The notes under the pieces were generated by a model that saw nothing but the letters and a program-made list of their open reading frames with translations, was not told the origin of the DNA and made no database searches. Shown here piece by piece: positions 27,642 through 37,095 of a DNA stretch of 64,000 bases. The stretch spans positions 5,472,001 through 5,536,000 of the forward strand of contig OY761158.1 in assembly GCA_963664405.1 (NCBI GenBank). The letters run 5' to 3'. The stretch's first letter is position 1. Every line of letters starts with the position of its first letter. The position numbers and the translations under genes were made by a program. The stretch is from Thermoanaerobaculia bacterium. Lineage in GTDB: Bacteria > Acidobacteriota > Thermoanaerobaculia > Multivoradales > Multivoraceae.

Positions 27642-29972
27642 ATGCGCATCGAGACCCTCGTTAATCTACAGTTTCGCTATCGGCGGTGGCTGCTGAGTGG
27701 ACTCGCCGCCTTGGCCGTTGTGGCTACTCTCGGCGCTCTCGATCTACGCTTCGACTTCAGTCCTCAGCGTGTTTTTGTGTCGAATAGTCCCGAGTACGTC
27801 TTTCTCGAGCGTATCCATGAGGTATTCGGTCGCGACGACACGCGGGTGGCGGTCCATCTCTACTCGGAAGAGCTGTGGACGGAAGAGTCGCTGCGCTTCT
27901 TGGCTACTCTCGAGAAGGAGCTCTCCGCCCTCGACGGAGTAGCCGAGGTTGCCGGTCCGATGGCAGCTCCAGTCGCCGTTGCCGATGGGAGAGGTGTCGT
28001 GGCCTTGTCCCAGGTCGGGGAAGGGGACCCCGAGGAGATGCGGCGCGCCGCCCTGTCCCAGCCCCTCATCCACGGCCGGCTAGTCTCCGCCGACGGCGGG
28101 GCTTTCCTGGTGTCGGTCCGGGTGGCTGACGAGCGAATGGGCTACCGAGACCTGGTTCCGGTGGTCGATGGCATCTTCGCCGTTCTGGACAGAGTGCCCA
28201 GACCTTCGGGCCTCAGTGTCGGAGTGGTTGGCATCCCGGTGGCTCGGGTGCGCCTGGTCGGGCGCCTGATCGAGGATCAGCTCACCTACCTCCCGATCTG
28301 CGTCGTGGTTTTCTTCTTCGTGCTCTGGTTCCTTTTTCGGGACCCTCGGGCGGTGGCCTTGCTTCTTTGTGCGGTGCTTCTATCGCTGCTGTACGCCGCC
28401 GGTGTCATGGGGGCACTGGGAGAAGAGATCGACATCGTCAACAATGTAGTGCCCACCCTGCTCTTCGTTATCGGCGTGTCGGACGGCATTCATCTGGTTT
28501 CCCGTTATCGCCAGGAGCTTGGCCGCGGCGCCGATAAGTGGCGCGCTCTCCAGAGAACCTGTGTTCATCTGAGTGTGGCCTGTTTCCTGACCAGCGTTAC
28601 AACTGCCGTGGGCTTCGCCAGCCTAGCGATCGGCCGACTCGACATCCTCAGACGATTCGGCTTGTTTGCAGCGGCCGGCGTGCTCATCGCCTACGTCGTC
28701 ACCGTGGTGTTGGTGCCGCTGGTGCTGAGTCATATGCGACCCGTTCTTGGCCGCTCGTCCCGGCAGGCGAATCGAATTGCCGAGCTCTGGGCTTCCCGGC
28801 TGGCAGACTTCACCTGGGAGAACCGGGTCGCGATCCTGATCGTCGGCCTGTTTGTTTTGGTGGGTGGAGCGATCTTGGGTACCCGGGTGGAAGTGGAGAA
28901 TCGGCTCTTCGAGTCTTTTCCGCCGGGCGACCCTTTGGTCTCAGCGAATCGTCGTTTGGAGCAGGATTTTCCGGGAGTCGTACCGTTCAGCGTGGTGGTG
29001 TCATGGGATCAGGGAGTCGACGTCCTCGATCCGACTGTCTCGAGCTATCTCACCGAGTTGAGCGACTTCCTCCGCGGGCTCGAGAGCATGGGAGGCGTAC
29101 TCTCGCCCTTGGACCTCATTGCCGAAGCGAACGTCTACCGCCATGGTGGCGATCCCTCGTGGCGCCGGCTACCCAACGACGCAACCGAGGCTCGGACTCT
29201 TCTCGACTTCCTGCGGATGGGGCTGCGACTGCAGGGCCAGGAGGCGCTTCTCGACAGTCTCTATCGGCCAGAGGAAAGACTGCTGCGGGTGAGCGGCCTG
29301 ACCGGCGACATCGGAAGCCGCGCCATTGCCTCTATTGCCGAAGAAGTGGAGGCACGGCTGGAGGCGGACAGCGCTGTGCAACGACGCTTAGGCATCGAGT
29401 GTCGGCTCAGCGGAGATGGCCCGGTGGGTAGCGCCGCGGTCGACCGGCTGATCGGAGACATGGCGCGCAGCCTGGTAGTGGCCTTCGTCTTCATATTTCT
29501 GGTGATGATCCCGGTACTTCGATCTCTGCGCGCCGCCGTTGTAAGCATGATCCCGAACGTATTTCCTCTGGTTCTCACCCTTGGCATCATGGGTGCCTTC
29601 GGCATGGATCTTCAGGTCCCCACCATCATTGTCTTCTCCGTAGCCCTCGGTCTCGCGGTGGACGACACCATTCATTTCTTGGTGCGCTTCCGTGAAGAGC
29701 TGCGCGGCGAGCCGGACCTCGGCAGCGACGACTCTTACCGACAGGCCATCGAGCGCACCTTCCGCGGTACCGGTCAGGCGATCTTCGCGACTTCCGTACT
29801 TCTGGCCACCGGCTATTCTGTGCTGCTCCTCAGTAGCTTTCCAATCACCCGCAAGTTCGGCGTTGGCATGCTGCTGACGGTGATCGGCGCCCTGCTCGGC
29901 GATCTCTTCCTACTGCCCGCCTGCCTCGCGGTCTGGAGGCCCTTCCGTCGGAGCAGCCCTCGAAGAGGCTAG
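27642..29972 (+). CDS. MMPL/RND-family transporter
   Basis: Duplicated halves with IGVSDGIH and LGLAVDDTIH; TSVTTAVGF. Confidence 0.88.
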   Translation: MRIETLVNLQFRYRRWLLSGLAALAVVATLGALDLRFDFSPQRVFVSNSPEYVFLERIHEVFGRDDTRVAVHLYSEELWTEESLRFLATLEKELSALDGVAEVAGPMAAPVAVADGRGVVALSQVGEGDPEEMRRAALSQPLIHGRLVSADGGAFLVSVRVADERMGYRDLVPVVDGIFAVLDRVPRPSGLSVGVVGIPVARVRLVGRLIEDQLTYLPICVVVFFFVLWFLFRDPRAVALLLCAVLLSLLYAAGVMGALGEEIDIVNNVVPTLLFVIGVSDGIHLVSRYRQELGRGADKWRALQRTCVHLSVACFLTSVTTAVGFASLAIGRLDILRRFGLFAAAGVLIAYVVTVVLVPLVLSHMRPVLGRSSRQANRIAELWASRLADFTWENRVAILIVGLFVLVGGAILGTRVEVENRLFESFPPGDPLVSANRRLEQDFPGVVPFSVVVSWDQGVDVLDPTVSSYLTELSDFLRGLESMGGVLSPLDLIAEANVYRHGGDPSWRRLPNDATEARTLLDFLRMGLRLQGQEALLDSLYRPEERLLRVSGLTGDIGSRAIASIAEEVEARLEADSAVQRRLGIECRLSGDGPVGSAAVDRLIGDMARSLVVAFVFIFLVMIPVLRSLRAAVVSMIPNVFPLVLTLGIMGAFGMDLQVPTIIVFSVALGLAVDDTIHFLVRFREELRGEPDLGSDDSYRQAIERTFRGTGQAIFATSVLLATGYSVLLLSSFPITRKFGVGMLLTVIGALLGDLFLLPACLAVWRPFRRSSPRRG

Positions 29973-29975
29973 GCA

Positions 29976-30008
29976 GCGGGACCTCTGAGCCTAGGAGGTT
30001 CCGCTGAT
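29976..30008. terminator. Hairpin between convergent genes
   Basis: CAGCGGGACCTC-N9-GAGGTTCCGCTG. Confidence 0.5.
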
Positions 30009-30012
30009 CTGT

Positions 30013-31068
30013 TCAGGCGTCCGGATCGCGCTCGCAGTCGAGGAAGTGAGGCTCGAATACCGAACCGACGAGAAGCCGGCTGCCCCAGGGCACCGCTACA
30101 CTGGCGCCGGAGAGGTCTTCCCCGAGGCTGAGAAAGACCGTTCGCACCGGTGGGTCGGCATTCTGGTCAGGGTCCACCCATAGCACTTCGGATGGAGAGT
30201 GCTTGGCTGCGTCCTTGGCATGCGAGACGAAGGTCATGAGCTTGGGGTGCGCGGCCATCCACAGCATGCCGTAGCGGTCGATGGTGATGTTGTCCAAGCC
30301 TGTGCCCAGATCCAAGGCTCCGTTCTCTTCCAGAGCGCCGGTCGCGAGATCTCTGACAAAGAAGTGAAGGCGGCCGCGTGTCGTTGCGGCGACGTAGAGC
30401 TCCCGCCCATCATTGCTGATGTTGATGCCGTTGGCGAAGGCGATGCCTCGAGCCGCGACCTCGAAGCCACTGCCGTCGTAATACACCACCGTAGCCGCGG
30501 GTCGTTGGAGGTAGTCTTCGAGGGCTCGACTCAGTCCACCCCGACTGCCGTGATCGTTGGTGGCATAGAACTGGCGAGGGCCAACCGCAAGCACGTCGTT
30601 CGGGCTGAGCAAGAGATCGTCCGAGATCGACTCTCTATGTACGAGGCTACTGTTGCTCCACTCGAAGATCTCTACGCCGTGGCCCGAAGAAGTGTGATTG
30701 ACCACGAAGAGAAAGACACCCTCGTCGCCTTCGTAGAGAGAGATTCCGTGTGGATGGAACTCGCCTGAGAACTCCGAGGTCAGGTTACGGAGGCTCCCGG
30801 GGGTCTCTAGGTCGTAGGCGAAGATGGCGCCTTGCTGTCGCCCTTCGGCGGCTGCTCCTCGTCGGTCGTCGGATGAGATGAAGGCCAATCTGTGGCGGCG
30901 AAAGAGAGCGATGTCTTCGGCTCCGGGCGCACCGGTCACTTGCAGACACTTGCCGACCGCTACCGGCTCGAGGATTTTGTACTCACCTGCCCGCTGCATC
31001 AGGTAGGAGACCCCGAGACCGGCGAGGAGCGCGAAGACGGCGAGGGTGACGATGACCGCCTTCAGCAT
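30013..31068 (-). CDS. Paraoxonase/arylesterase (PON1-like six-bladed beta-propeller lactonase)
   Basis: GAEDI, FHPHGIS, VVNH, PNDVLAVGPRQFYATNDH, FANGINIS, LDNITID; N-terminal anchor. Confidence 0.87.
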   Translation of the reverse strand: MLKAVIVTLAVFALLAGLGVSYLMQRAGEYKILEPVAVGKCLQVTGAPGAEDIALFRRHRLAFISSDDRRGAAAEGRQQGAIFAYDLETPGSLRNLTSEFSGEFHPHGISLYEGDEGVFLFVVNHTSSGHGVEIFEWSNSSLVHRESISDDLLLSPNDVLAVGPRQFYATNDHGSRGGLSRALEDYLQRPAATVVYYDGSGFEVAARGIAFANGINISNDGRELYVAATTRGRLHFFVRDLATGALEENGALDLGTGLDNITIDRYGMLWMAAHPKLMTFVSHAKDAAKHSPSEVLWVDPDQNADPPVRTVFLSLGEDLSGASVAVPWGSRLLVGSVFEPHFLDCERDPDA

Positions 31069-31141
31069 TGGAGGAAGGCTACCATTCGACCGGAGTGGCT
31101 CGGACTTCGATCCAGGGCCGCTCCGGCCTATGATGGGGGTG

Positions 31142-32131
31142 ATGAGCGATCTTCGCGTCTACGAACGATTCTCCGACGCTGTCGGTATGACGCCGATGGT
31201 GCGCCTTCGTCGCTCTATCTCGCCGCTCGAGTGTCAGGTTTACGCCAAGCTCGAGTTCCTCAACCCGATGGGAAGCATCAAAGACCGCATGGCCCGCTAT
31301 CTGGTCGAGAGGGCGATCGCAGAGGGTGACCTCGAGGCCGGGGGATGTCTGGTCGAGGCTTCGTCGGGCAACACTGCCATGGGGCTGGCGATGATGGCCG
31401 TTCAGGAGCGCCTGGAGTGCACGATGGTGGTGAGGGAAAAGACCAGCAAAGAGAAGCTCGATTGCCTCAGGGCCCTTGGCGTCGAGCTGGTCCTCGTCGA
31501 TGGCGATCTGCCGCCCGAGGATCCTCTCAGCTACAACCGCAGAGCTTTGCGGCTGGCCGCGGAGAGAGAGGGCTCCTACTTTCCCGACCAGCACAACAAC
31601 AGGGCCAACAACGAGGCCCACTACCTAAGCACCGGCCCGGAGATTTGGAGTCAGATGGAGGGACGGATCGATGTGTTGGTGGCTGGAATCGGCACCGGCG
31701 GAACGATCTCGGGTGTGGCTCGCTATCTGAAGGAGCGAGATCCCGCGGTCCGGGTGGTCGCTGTTGATATAGAAGGCTCTGTCTTCAGCGAGTACTACCA
31801 CAGCGGCGAAGTGGTGGAGCCGCGCCCTTACCTGGTAGAGGGCCTCGGCGACGAGGAAGTGATCGCCTGTCCGGAGTGGGATCTGATCGACGAGGTCCTC
31901 CAGGTCAGTGACCGAGAGGCTTTCATCGCAACTCGCCACTTGGCGCGGAGCGAAGCGATGTTGGCGGGTGGCTCGAGCGGCGCGGCGATATGGGGAGTCT
32001 GTCAGGCGGCGGCTGAGTTACCGGTGTCAGCCCGGGTCGTCACCATTCTTCCAGACTCTGGGTCCCGCTATCTGAGCACGATCTACAGCGACGAATGGAT
32101 GCGCGAGCACGGGTTCTTGGACGACGAGTAG
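31142..32131 (+). CDS. PLP-dependent cysteine synthase/cystathionine beta-synthase family protein
   Basis: KLEFLNPMGSIKDR, SSGNT, GTGGT, PDSGSRYLS. Confidence 0.9.
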   Translation: MSDLRVYERFSDAVGMTPMVRLRRSISPLECQVYAKLEFLNPMGSIKDRMARYLVERAIAEGDLEAGGCLVEASSGNTAMGLAMMAVQERLECTMVVREKTSKEKLDCLRALGVELVLVDGDLPPEDPLSYNRRALRLAAEREGSYFPDQHNNRANNEAHYLSTGPEIWSQMEGRIDVLVAGIGTGGTISGVARYLKERDPAVRVVAVDIEGSVFSEYYHSGEVVEPRPYLVEGLGDEEVIACPEWDLIDEVLQVSDREAFIATRHLARSEAMLAGGSSGAAIWGVCQAAAELPVSARVVTILPDSGSRYLSTIYSDEWMREHGFLDDE

Positions 32132-32142
32132 ACGCGGCGGGG

Positions 32143-33294
32143 CTATGGGCTGAAGCGGAGAATGGTCTCGATCACTTCGCTCTGTTCCTGCTCCGAGATC
32201 TCGTTGTAGAAGGGCAAGCGCACCAGGCGCCGGCTGGTGCGCTCCGCCACGGGACACTCCCCGCCGCCGAGGCGCCGGCCCACAGGGGACTGATTGAGGG
32301 GGAGGTAATGGAACACCGCGAGGATTCCCTGCGCTCGTAGGTGAGAGATGAGACCCTGGCGTGACTCGTCCGAGGGCATCAGCATGTAGTAGAGATGGTA
32401 GGCCTGTTCGCAGTGGGCCGGTATCACCGGCGGTCGCACGTCGTTGGTCTCAGCCCAGTCCGCCAGCCGATCGTTGTAGCAGGACCAGATTTCGCTCCGT
32501 CGCTGTTGAATCCCTCGCCATTGCTCGAGCTGGCCGTAGAGGAAGGCAGCCAGCACATCGGACATGACATAGCTCGAGCCCTCGTCTACCCAGGTGTAGC
32601 ACTCGATCTCGCCGCGGAAGAAACGGCTGCGGTCCGTGCCCTTCTCACGCAGCACTTCCGCTCGCTTCAGCCACCGATCGTCATTCAGCAAGAGCGCACC
32701 GCCCTCGCCGCAGGTGATGTTCTTGGTTTCGTGAAAGCTCTGGGCGGCGAGCCCGCCGAGTGTGCCCAGCGAGCGCCCGCGGTATTTGCCGAAGAGGCCA
32801 TGGGCGTTGTCTTCGATGATCACCAACCCGTGGCGATCGGCGATCTCCTGGATTGCGTCCATCTCGCAGCCCACTCCGCCGTAGTGGACCGGGACCACTG
32901 CCTTGGTGCGAGGGGTAATGAGGTCTTCTAGAAGACCCTCGTCGACATTGAGGGTATCGCTGCGAATGTCCACGAAGACCGGCTTTGCGCCGCGAGAAAG
33001 AAACGCGTTCGCTGTCGAGACGAAAGTAAAGGCGGGCACCAGCACTTCGTCGCCCGGCTCGGGCTCGAGCAGATAGGCCGCGAGCTCGAGGGCGTGTGTG
33101 CACGAGGTGGTGAGCAGCGCGCGGCGAGCGCCGGTTACTTCCTCGAGGATCGCCTCGCATCTGCGAGTGAAGGTCTGATCTCCGGCGATCTGTCCGACCT
33201 GCAGTGTCTCGGCGATGTACTGCAGCTCTTTGCCCATCGTCGACGAGCGGTTGAAAGGAATACGAATCGGCGGGGGAGAGGGTGGAGGGCTCAT
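32143..33294 (-). CDS. wecE: dTDP-4-amino-4,6-dideoxygalactose transaminase (DegT family)
   Basis: SCTHALE, SFHETKNITCGEGG, REKGTDRSRFFRG, VFHYLPL. Confidence 0.88.
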   Translation of the reverse strand: MSPPPSPPPIRIPFNRSSTMGKELQYIAETLQVGQIAGDQTFTRRCEAILEEVTGARRALLTTSCTHALELAAYLLEPEPGDEVLVPAFTFVSTANAFLSRGAKPVFVDIRSDTLNVDEGLLEDLITPRTKAVVPVHYGGVGCEMDAIQEIADRHGLVIIEDNAHGLFGKYRGRSLGTLGGLAAQSFHETKNITCGEGGALLLNDDRWLKRAEVLREKGTDRSRFFRGEIECYTWVDEGSSYVMSDVLAAFLYGQLEQWRGIQQRRSEIWSCYNDRLADWAETNDVRPPVIPAHCEQAYHLYYMLMPSDESRQGLISHLRAQGILAVFHYLPLNQSPVGRRLGGGECPVAERTSRRLVRLPFYNEISEQEQSEVIETILRFSP

Positions 33295-34283
33295 GGTTGG
33301 TGAGTGCCGTCACCATCTTCCGTGCCGGCGACGGATCGGACGACGTAGGGGGGTCGATCCATCAAGCGAAAATGCATTCGCGCCAGGTACTCGCCGATGA
33401 TGCCGAGCGCGAAGAGTTGAGCTCCGGAGAAGATGACGATGATCGAGGCTAAGAAAGGAAAGCCCGGAACACTTCCGCCAGCCATGACGTAGCGCACCAA
33501 AACGTAGGCGAGAACCAACATACCGAAGACGGTGAAACCGAAACCGACCCAGCTCGCCAACTGAAGTGGCAAGGTGCTGAAGCCGGTGATCATGTTGAGG
33601 GCGTGGGCGACCAACCTCCCGACGGTGTAGTTCGATTCTCCGATCGCCCGCTCTCGATGATCCACAGTGACCGATCCGAAGCGCTTGCTGGCCCAGGTCA
33701 ATAGCACGTCGATCGAGACGAAGGGCGCGCGATAACGGTCGAAAGCGTCGCGAAGCTCGGTGCGAAAGGCTCGAAACGCACTGACTTGTTGGGCTGTCTT
33801 GACGCCTATGCTGGTGCGCAATGCGAGCTTGGTGAACCGCGACGCCAGGTTGCGCAGCAGGCCGTGTTGCTCGACTTCGGGGGTGCCGTAGACGACATCG
33901 AACCCCTCCTCGAGCCTGGCGAGTAGCTTGGGGATCTCCTCCGGCGGGTGCTGGAGGTCGTCGTCGATGGTTATGGTGATGGGGTGCCGGCTGGACCGGA
34001 TGCCACACAAAACGGCGTTGTGTTGGCCATAGTTGCGCATGAAGTCGATCCCGCGAACCTCAGGAACCTGGTGGGCGAGGTCGACAATGGTGCTCCAAGT
34101 CGCGTCATTGCTGCCGTCGTTGACGATGACGATCTCGAAGGCGGGAGCCGTTTGTTCGAGAACCGTGCGCAATCTGGAGACCAGTTCCGCGAGGGTCTCG
34201 CTGCTCTTGAAGGCCGGAATGACGACCGAGATGGCTGTTCCCGAGGAGCCGGGGGGGGTCGGGTCATCCTCGCTCTGCCCCAT
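33291..34283 (-). CDS. GT2 polyprenyl-phosphate glycosyltransferase (ArnC/GtrB-like)
   Basis: VNDGSND, RNYGQHNA, DDDLQHPPEEIP; two C-terminal TM; GIIGEYLAR. Confidence 0.9.
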   Translation of the reverse strand: MGQSEDDPTPPGSSGTAISVVIPAFKSSETLAELVSRLRTVLEQTAPAFEIVIVNDGSNDATWSTIVDLAHQVPEVRGIDFMRNYGQHNAVLCGIRSSRHPITITIDDDLQHPPEEIPKLLARLEEGFDVVYGTPEVEQHGLLRNLASRFTKLALRTSIGVKTAQQVSAFRAFRTELRDAFDRYRAPFVSIDVLLTWASKRFGSVTVDHRERAIGESNYTVGRLVAHALNMITGFSTLPLQLASWVGFGFTVFGMLVLAYVLVRYVMAGGSVPGFPFLASIIVIFSGAQLFALGIIGEYLARMHFRLMDRPPYVVRSVAGTEDGDGTHQP

Positions 34284-34881
34284 GGATGAATGATAGCGCG
34301 GCTGTGGATCTGTGAGCGGTCGAGGCGATCTCGATCGGGGTGATCAGGCGTGGGCCCGCGCTGCGTCTGATGCCGGCGGCGCGCTGGGAAAGCTGCAGCA
34401 GAAACGTGCGCGCGGCCGGACGAGATCGGCGACCTCGCTCGCGCCCTGGAGCCAGCGCTAAGAACTGAGCCAAGGTGTAGTGGCCGGTGGTGCCTACTAG
34501 GAAGAATAGAGGCAGCGAGAGAGCGGCCCAGACAATTGACGTCGTAGACAGCGCCGTGGCCTGCAACGCAGCCGACTGGGCAAGGCTCATGGGCCGCGTC
34601 GCCTTGACGGTTTGCAGCACGTGAAAGGAAGGAAAGCACAGGGCCGTGGTGCCGAGAAGGAGAAGCGGCACTTTCACGCCGGAGGAAAACAGCTGAGGGA
34701 GTGAAGCTCCGTAGCTACCCAGGGCGACCCCGAAGACGATGCCGCAACCGACCGTTGCCACGAGGCTTTGCCGCAGCACTACCCCCAGATTGTGCTCCTC
34801 CTGGAGCTGAGACAGGTGATCCTTCTCCCCTCGTAGTACATCACCGAAGGCCGGAATCCATCGCTGCGTCGTTTCATTCAT
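34264..34881 (-). pseudogene. Membrane hypothetical protein, probably C-terminally disrupted
   Basis: GAGGA RBS; hydrophobic helices with SSGVKVPLLLLGT..CFPSF, then an abrupt switch to Arg-rich non-protein-like sequence after LAQFLALA. Confidence 0.5.
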
Positions 34882-35006
34882 CTCGATCCTCCTCGCTCGT
34901 TTGGCGAGAAGAAATTAGCGCTGCGATGTGGAGAATGTATGGAGGTTCCTGGGAGACCTCGTGGGGCTAGAAACCCGTAGTCGCTGGCGGAGTGGTCGAA
35001 GACGAC

Positions 35007-35172
35007 CTGGACCAGCGTTTCCAAAGTTCGCGCACATATCTCGGCCCCTTCTGTCCGCTGGCGGCGTTTCGCCTCCTCGACATATTGCCCAATATGCCTG
35101 CGTCGGCGCGCCTGGCCAGCGAACAGAATGAGCTCGAGCTATGCAGCACGAACTTTGGAAACGCTGATCTAG
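35007..35172. mobile_element. 162-bp palindromic MITE, copy 2 (inverted; CTGG/CTAG ends)
   Basis: Reverse complement of copies 1 and 3; the right CTAG contains the TAG stop of the adjacent gene. Confidence 0.88.
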
Positions 35173-35675
35173 TCGCTGGCGAGTTTGGTGCCGCGGCGGT
35201 AGTAGCGTTGGTGCCAGATGCCGTCCTGGGACTCGCCTTCGATCGGCATCCGCCAGCTACGGACCCGCGCCTGGTCGAGCCGAAGTCGGTAGAGCCCACG
35301 CGGCTGGTCGATCGTGTCTTCGATGTAGGTGTCCGCCATCTCCGGGGGGCCGTAGCGCAGTGCCATTCGGCGATAGCGGTCGCGCCACTCGTCGTCGTTG
35401 CCGATGTCGTAGATCAGCTCCGCCTCTCCCTGGACGATCAGCTTGCGATAGGGAAGCAGCGACTCATCGATACAGAGGCAGACCCGAGGATCCCGTCTCA
35501 GGTGTCGGAACCACTCTGAGCTCTCACGTGGCGTGAACCAGATCGAGCCCTCTTCGTGGAGAAGCCAGATCGGTGTCACCAGTGGGCTTCCATCCGGCCC
35601 CACGGTTGCGATTCTCATCAGCACTCCTGGCTCGTCGAGGAGCCCCATCTGCTCTTCGTCTGTCATTTTGGGCAT
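35169..35675 (-). CDS. Pyridoxamine 5'-phosphate oxidase-like (PPOX class) flavin/F420-binding protein
   Basis: IATVGPDGSPLVTPIW, LRRDPRVCLCID, VQGEAE. Confidence 0.85.
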   Translation of the reverse strand: MPKMTDEEQMGLLDEPGVLMRIATVGPDGSPLVTPIWLLHEEGSIWFTPRESSEWFRHLRRDPRVCLCIDESLLPYRKLIVQGEAELIYDIGNDDEWRDRYRRMALRYGPPEMADTYIEDTIDQPRGLYRLRLDQARVRSWRMPIEGESQDGIWHQRYYRRGTKLASD

Positions 35676-35769
35676 GAGGTGATTCTAGCTCTTGTGGAGG
35701 TAATATTGGTGCCGCTCGGAGACGGCCGCTCTCGTTTTGGGGCCGTGAGCGAGAAGGAGAGCAGCTGTC

Positions 35770-37095
35770 GTGGAGCTCCTAGAAGAGTTGAGAGAGCGTG
35801 GACTGATCCACCAGATCGCGGAGCACGAGGAGGCGCCTTTGGGGAAGCTTCTCGAAACGCCTCAGTGTGTCTACGTGGGCTTTGATCCCAGCGCATCGAG
35901 CCTCCACGTCGGAAATCTGATTCCGCTGCTCGGGCTGAAGCGCTTTCAGGAAGCTGGGCACAAGGTCATAGCACTTGCCGGCGGCGCAACCGGTATGGTG
36001 GGTGACCCCAGTGGACGAAGTCTGGAGCGGAATCTCCTCACCGAGGATCAACTCCACGAGAACCTGGCCTCGATCCGAGTGCAGCTGGAGCGGATCCTCG
36101 ATTTTTCCGGGAGTGGCGCCGAGTTGGTCGACAACCTCGATTGGACCCGAGGCGTCGGCTTTCTCGACTTCCTACGTGACATCGGCAAGCATTTCATGGT
36201 CAATTCGATGCTCCGCAAGGATTCGGTAAAGGGGCGCCTCGACCGCGAGGGCGAGGGGATCTCTTTCACCGAGTTCAGCTACATGCTTTTGCAGGCCTTC
36301 GATTTCTACTGGCTTAGCCGCGAGAAGGGCTGCACGATTCAAATCGGGGGCAGCGACCAGTGGGGGAATATCACCGCCGGCGTCGACTTGATTCGACGAA
36401 AACTGGGGAAGAAGGCTTACGGCCTGACCCTACCGCTGCTGACCAATAGTGACGGATCCAAGTTCGGTAAGAGCGCCGGTGGGGCCGTGTGGCTGGACCC
36501 TCGGCGCACGAGCCCGTTCGCCTTCCGGCAGTTTTGGTTCAGCACCGCAGACGCTGACGTCATGCGCTATCTGCGGTATTTCACCTTCCTACCCCTTGCA
36601 GAGCTTGCCGAGCTGGAGCGCGAGGTCCAGGCCGGCAGCGAGCCCAATGCCGCCCAACGCCGGCTGGCCCAGGTGATGACTGCCATGGTTCATGGTGAGG
36701 AGGAGGCGCAGAAGGTGGAGAAGGCGGCAGAGGTCTTGTTCAGCAAGGACGCCGATCTTCGGCGGGTGCCGGTCGAGTACCTCGGCGACGCTTTCGAGGG
36801 GGCACCGGTAACCGATCTGAATCGCGAGTGCTTCGCGGGTGAGGGCATGGGGTGGCTGGATCTGGTCCTTGCGGCGGTGCCCGATGACAAAGGGGAGACC
36901 TTGTCCAAAGCCGGGGCAAGACGACTGATCGAACAGAGCTCGTTGGCGCTCAATTCCACCAAGTTGAATGAGACTGAAGCGCGAGTGACGGCGGCGGATC
37001 TTCTTGGCGACCGCTATATCGTGATCCGCAAGGGAAAGCGCCACTATTTCTTGGTGCGCGCGCTAAGTGGCGCTACAGCCGTAGCCGACTCTTGA
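35770..37095 (+). CDS. tyrS: Tyrosine--tRNA ligase
   Basis: YVGFDPSASSLHVGN (HIGH-like), EFSYMLLQ, QIGGSDQWGN, KFGKS (KMSKS-like), C-terminal S4 domain. Confidence 0.97.
   Translation: MELLEELRERGLIHQIAEHEEAPLGKLLETPQCVYVGFDPSASSLHVGNLIPLLGLKRFQEAGHKVIALAGGATGMVGDPSGRSLERNLLTEDQLHENLASIRVQLERILDFSGSGAELVDNLDWTRGVGFLDFLRDIGKHFMVNSMLRKDSVKGRLDREGEGISFTEFSYMLLQAFDFYWLSREKGCTIQIGGSDQWGNITAGVDLIRRKLGKKAYGLTLPLLTNSDGSKFGKSAGGAVWLDPRRTSPFAFRQFWFSTADADVMRYLRYFTFLPLAELAELEREVQAGSEPNAAQRRLAQVMTAMVHGEEEAQKVEKAAEVLFSKDADLRRVPVEYLGDAFEGAPVTDLNRECFAGEGMGWLDLVLAAVPDDKGETLSKAGARRLIEQSSLALNSTKLNETEARVTAADLLGDRYIVIRKGKRHYFLVRALSGATAVADS

Noticed and set aside
34967-35519. ORFs 34967-35299, 34992-35519, 21838-22035, 21537-22487 and 59440-59751 sharing a peptide
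   Set aside because: The shared peptide is simply the MITE read in its open frames; no evidence these are independent genes
37073-37095. Convergent 3' overlap of tyrS and the PhyH gene
   Set aside because: Short tail-to-tail overlaps are common and need no special explanation
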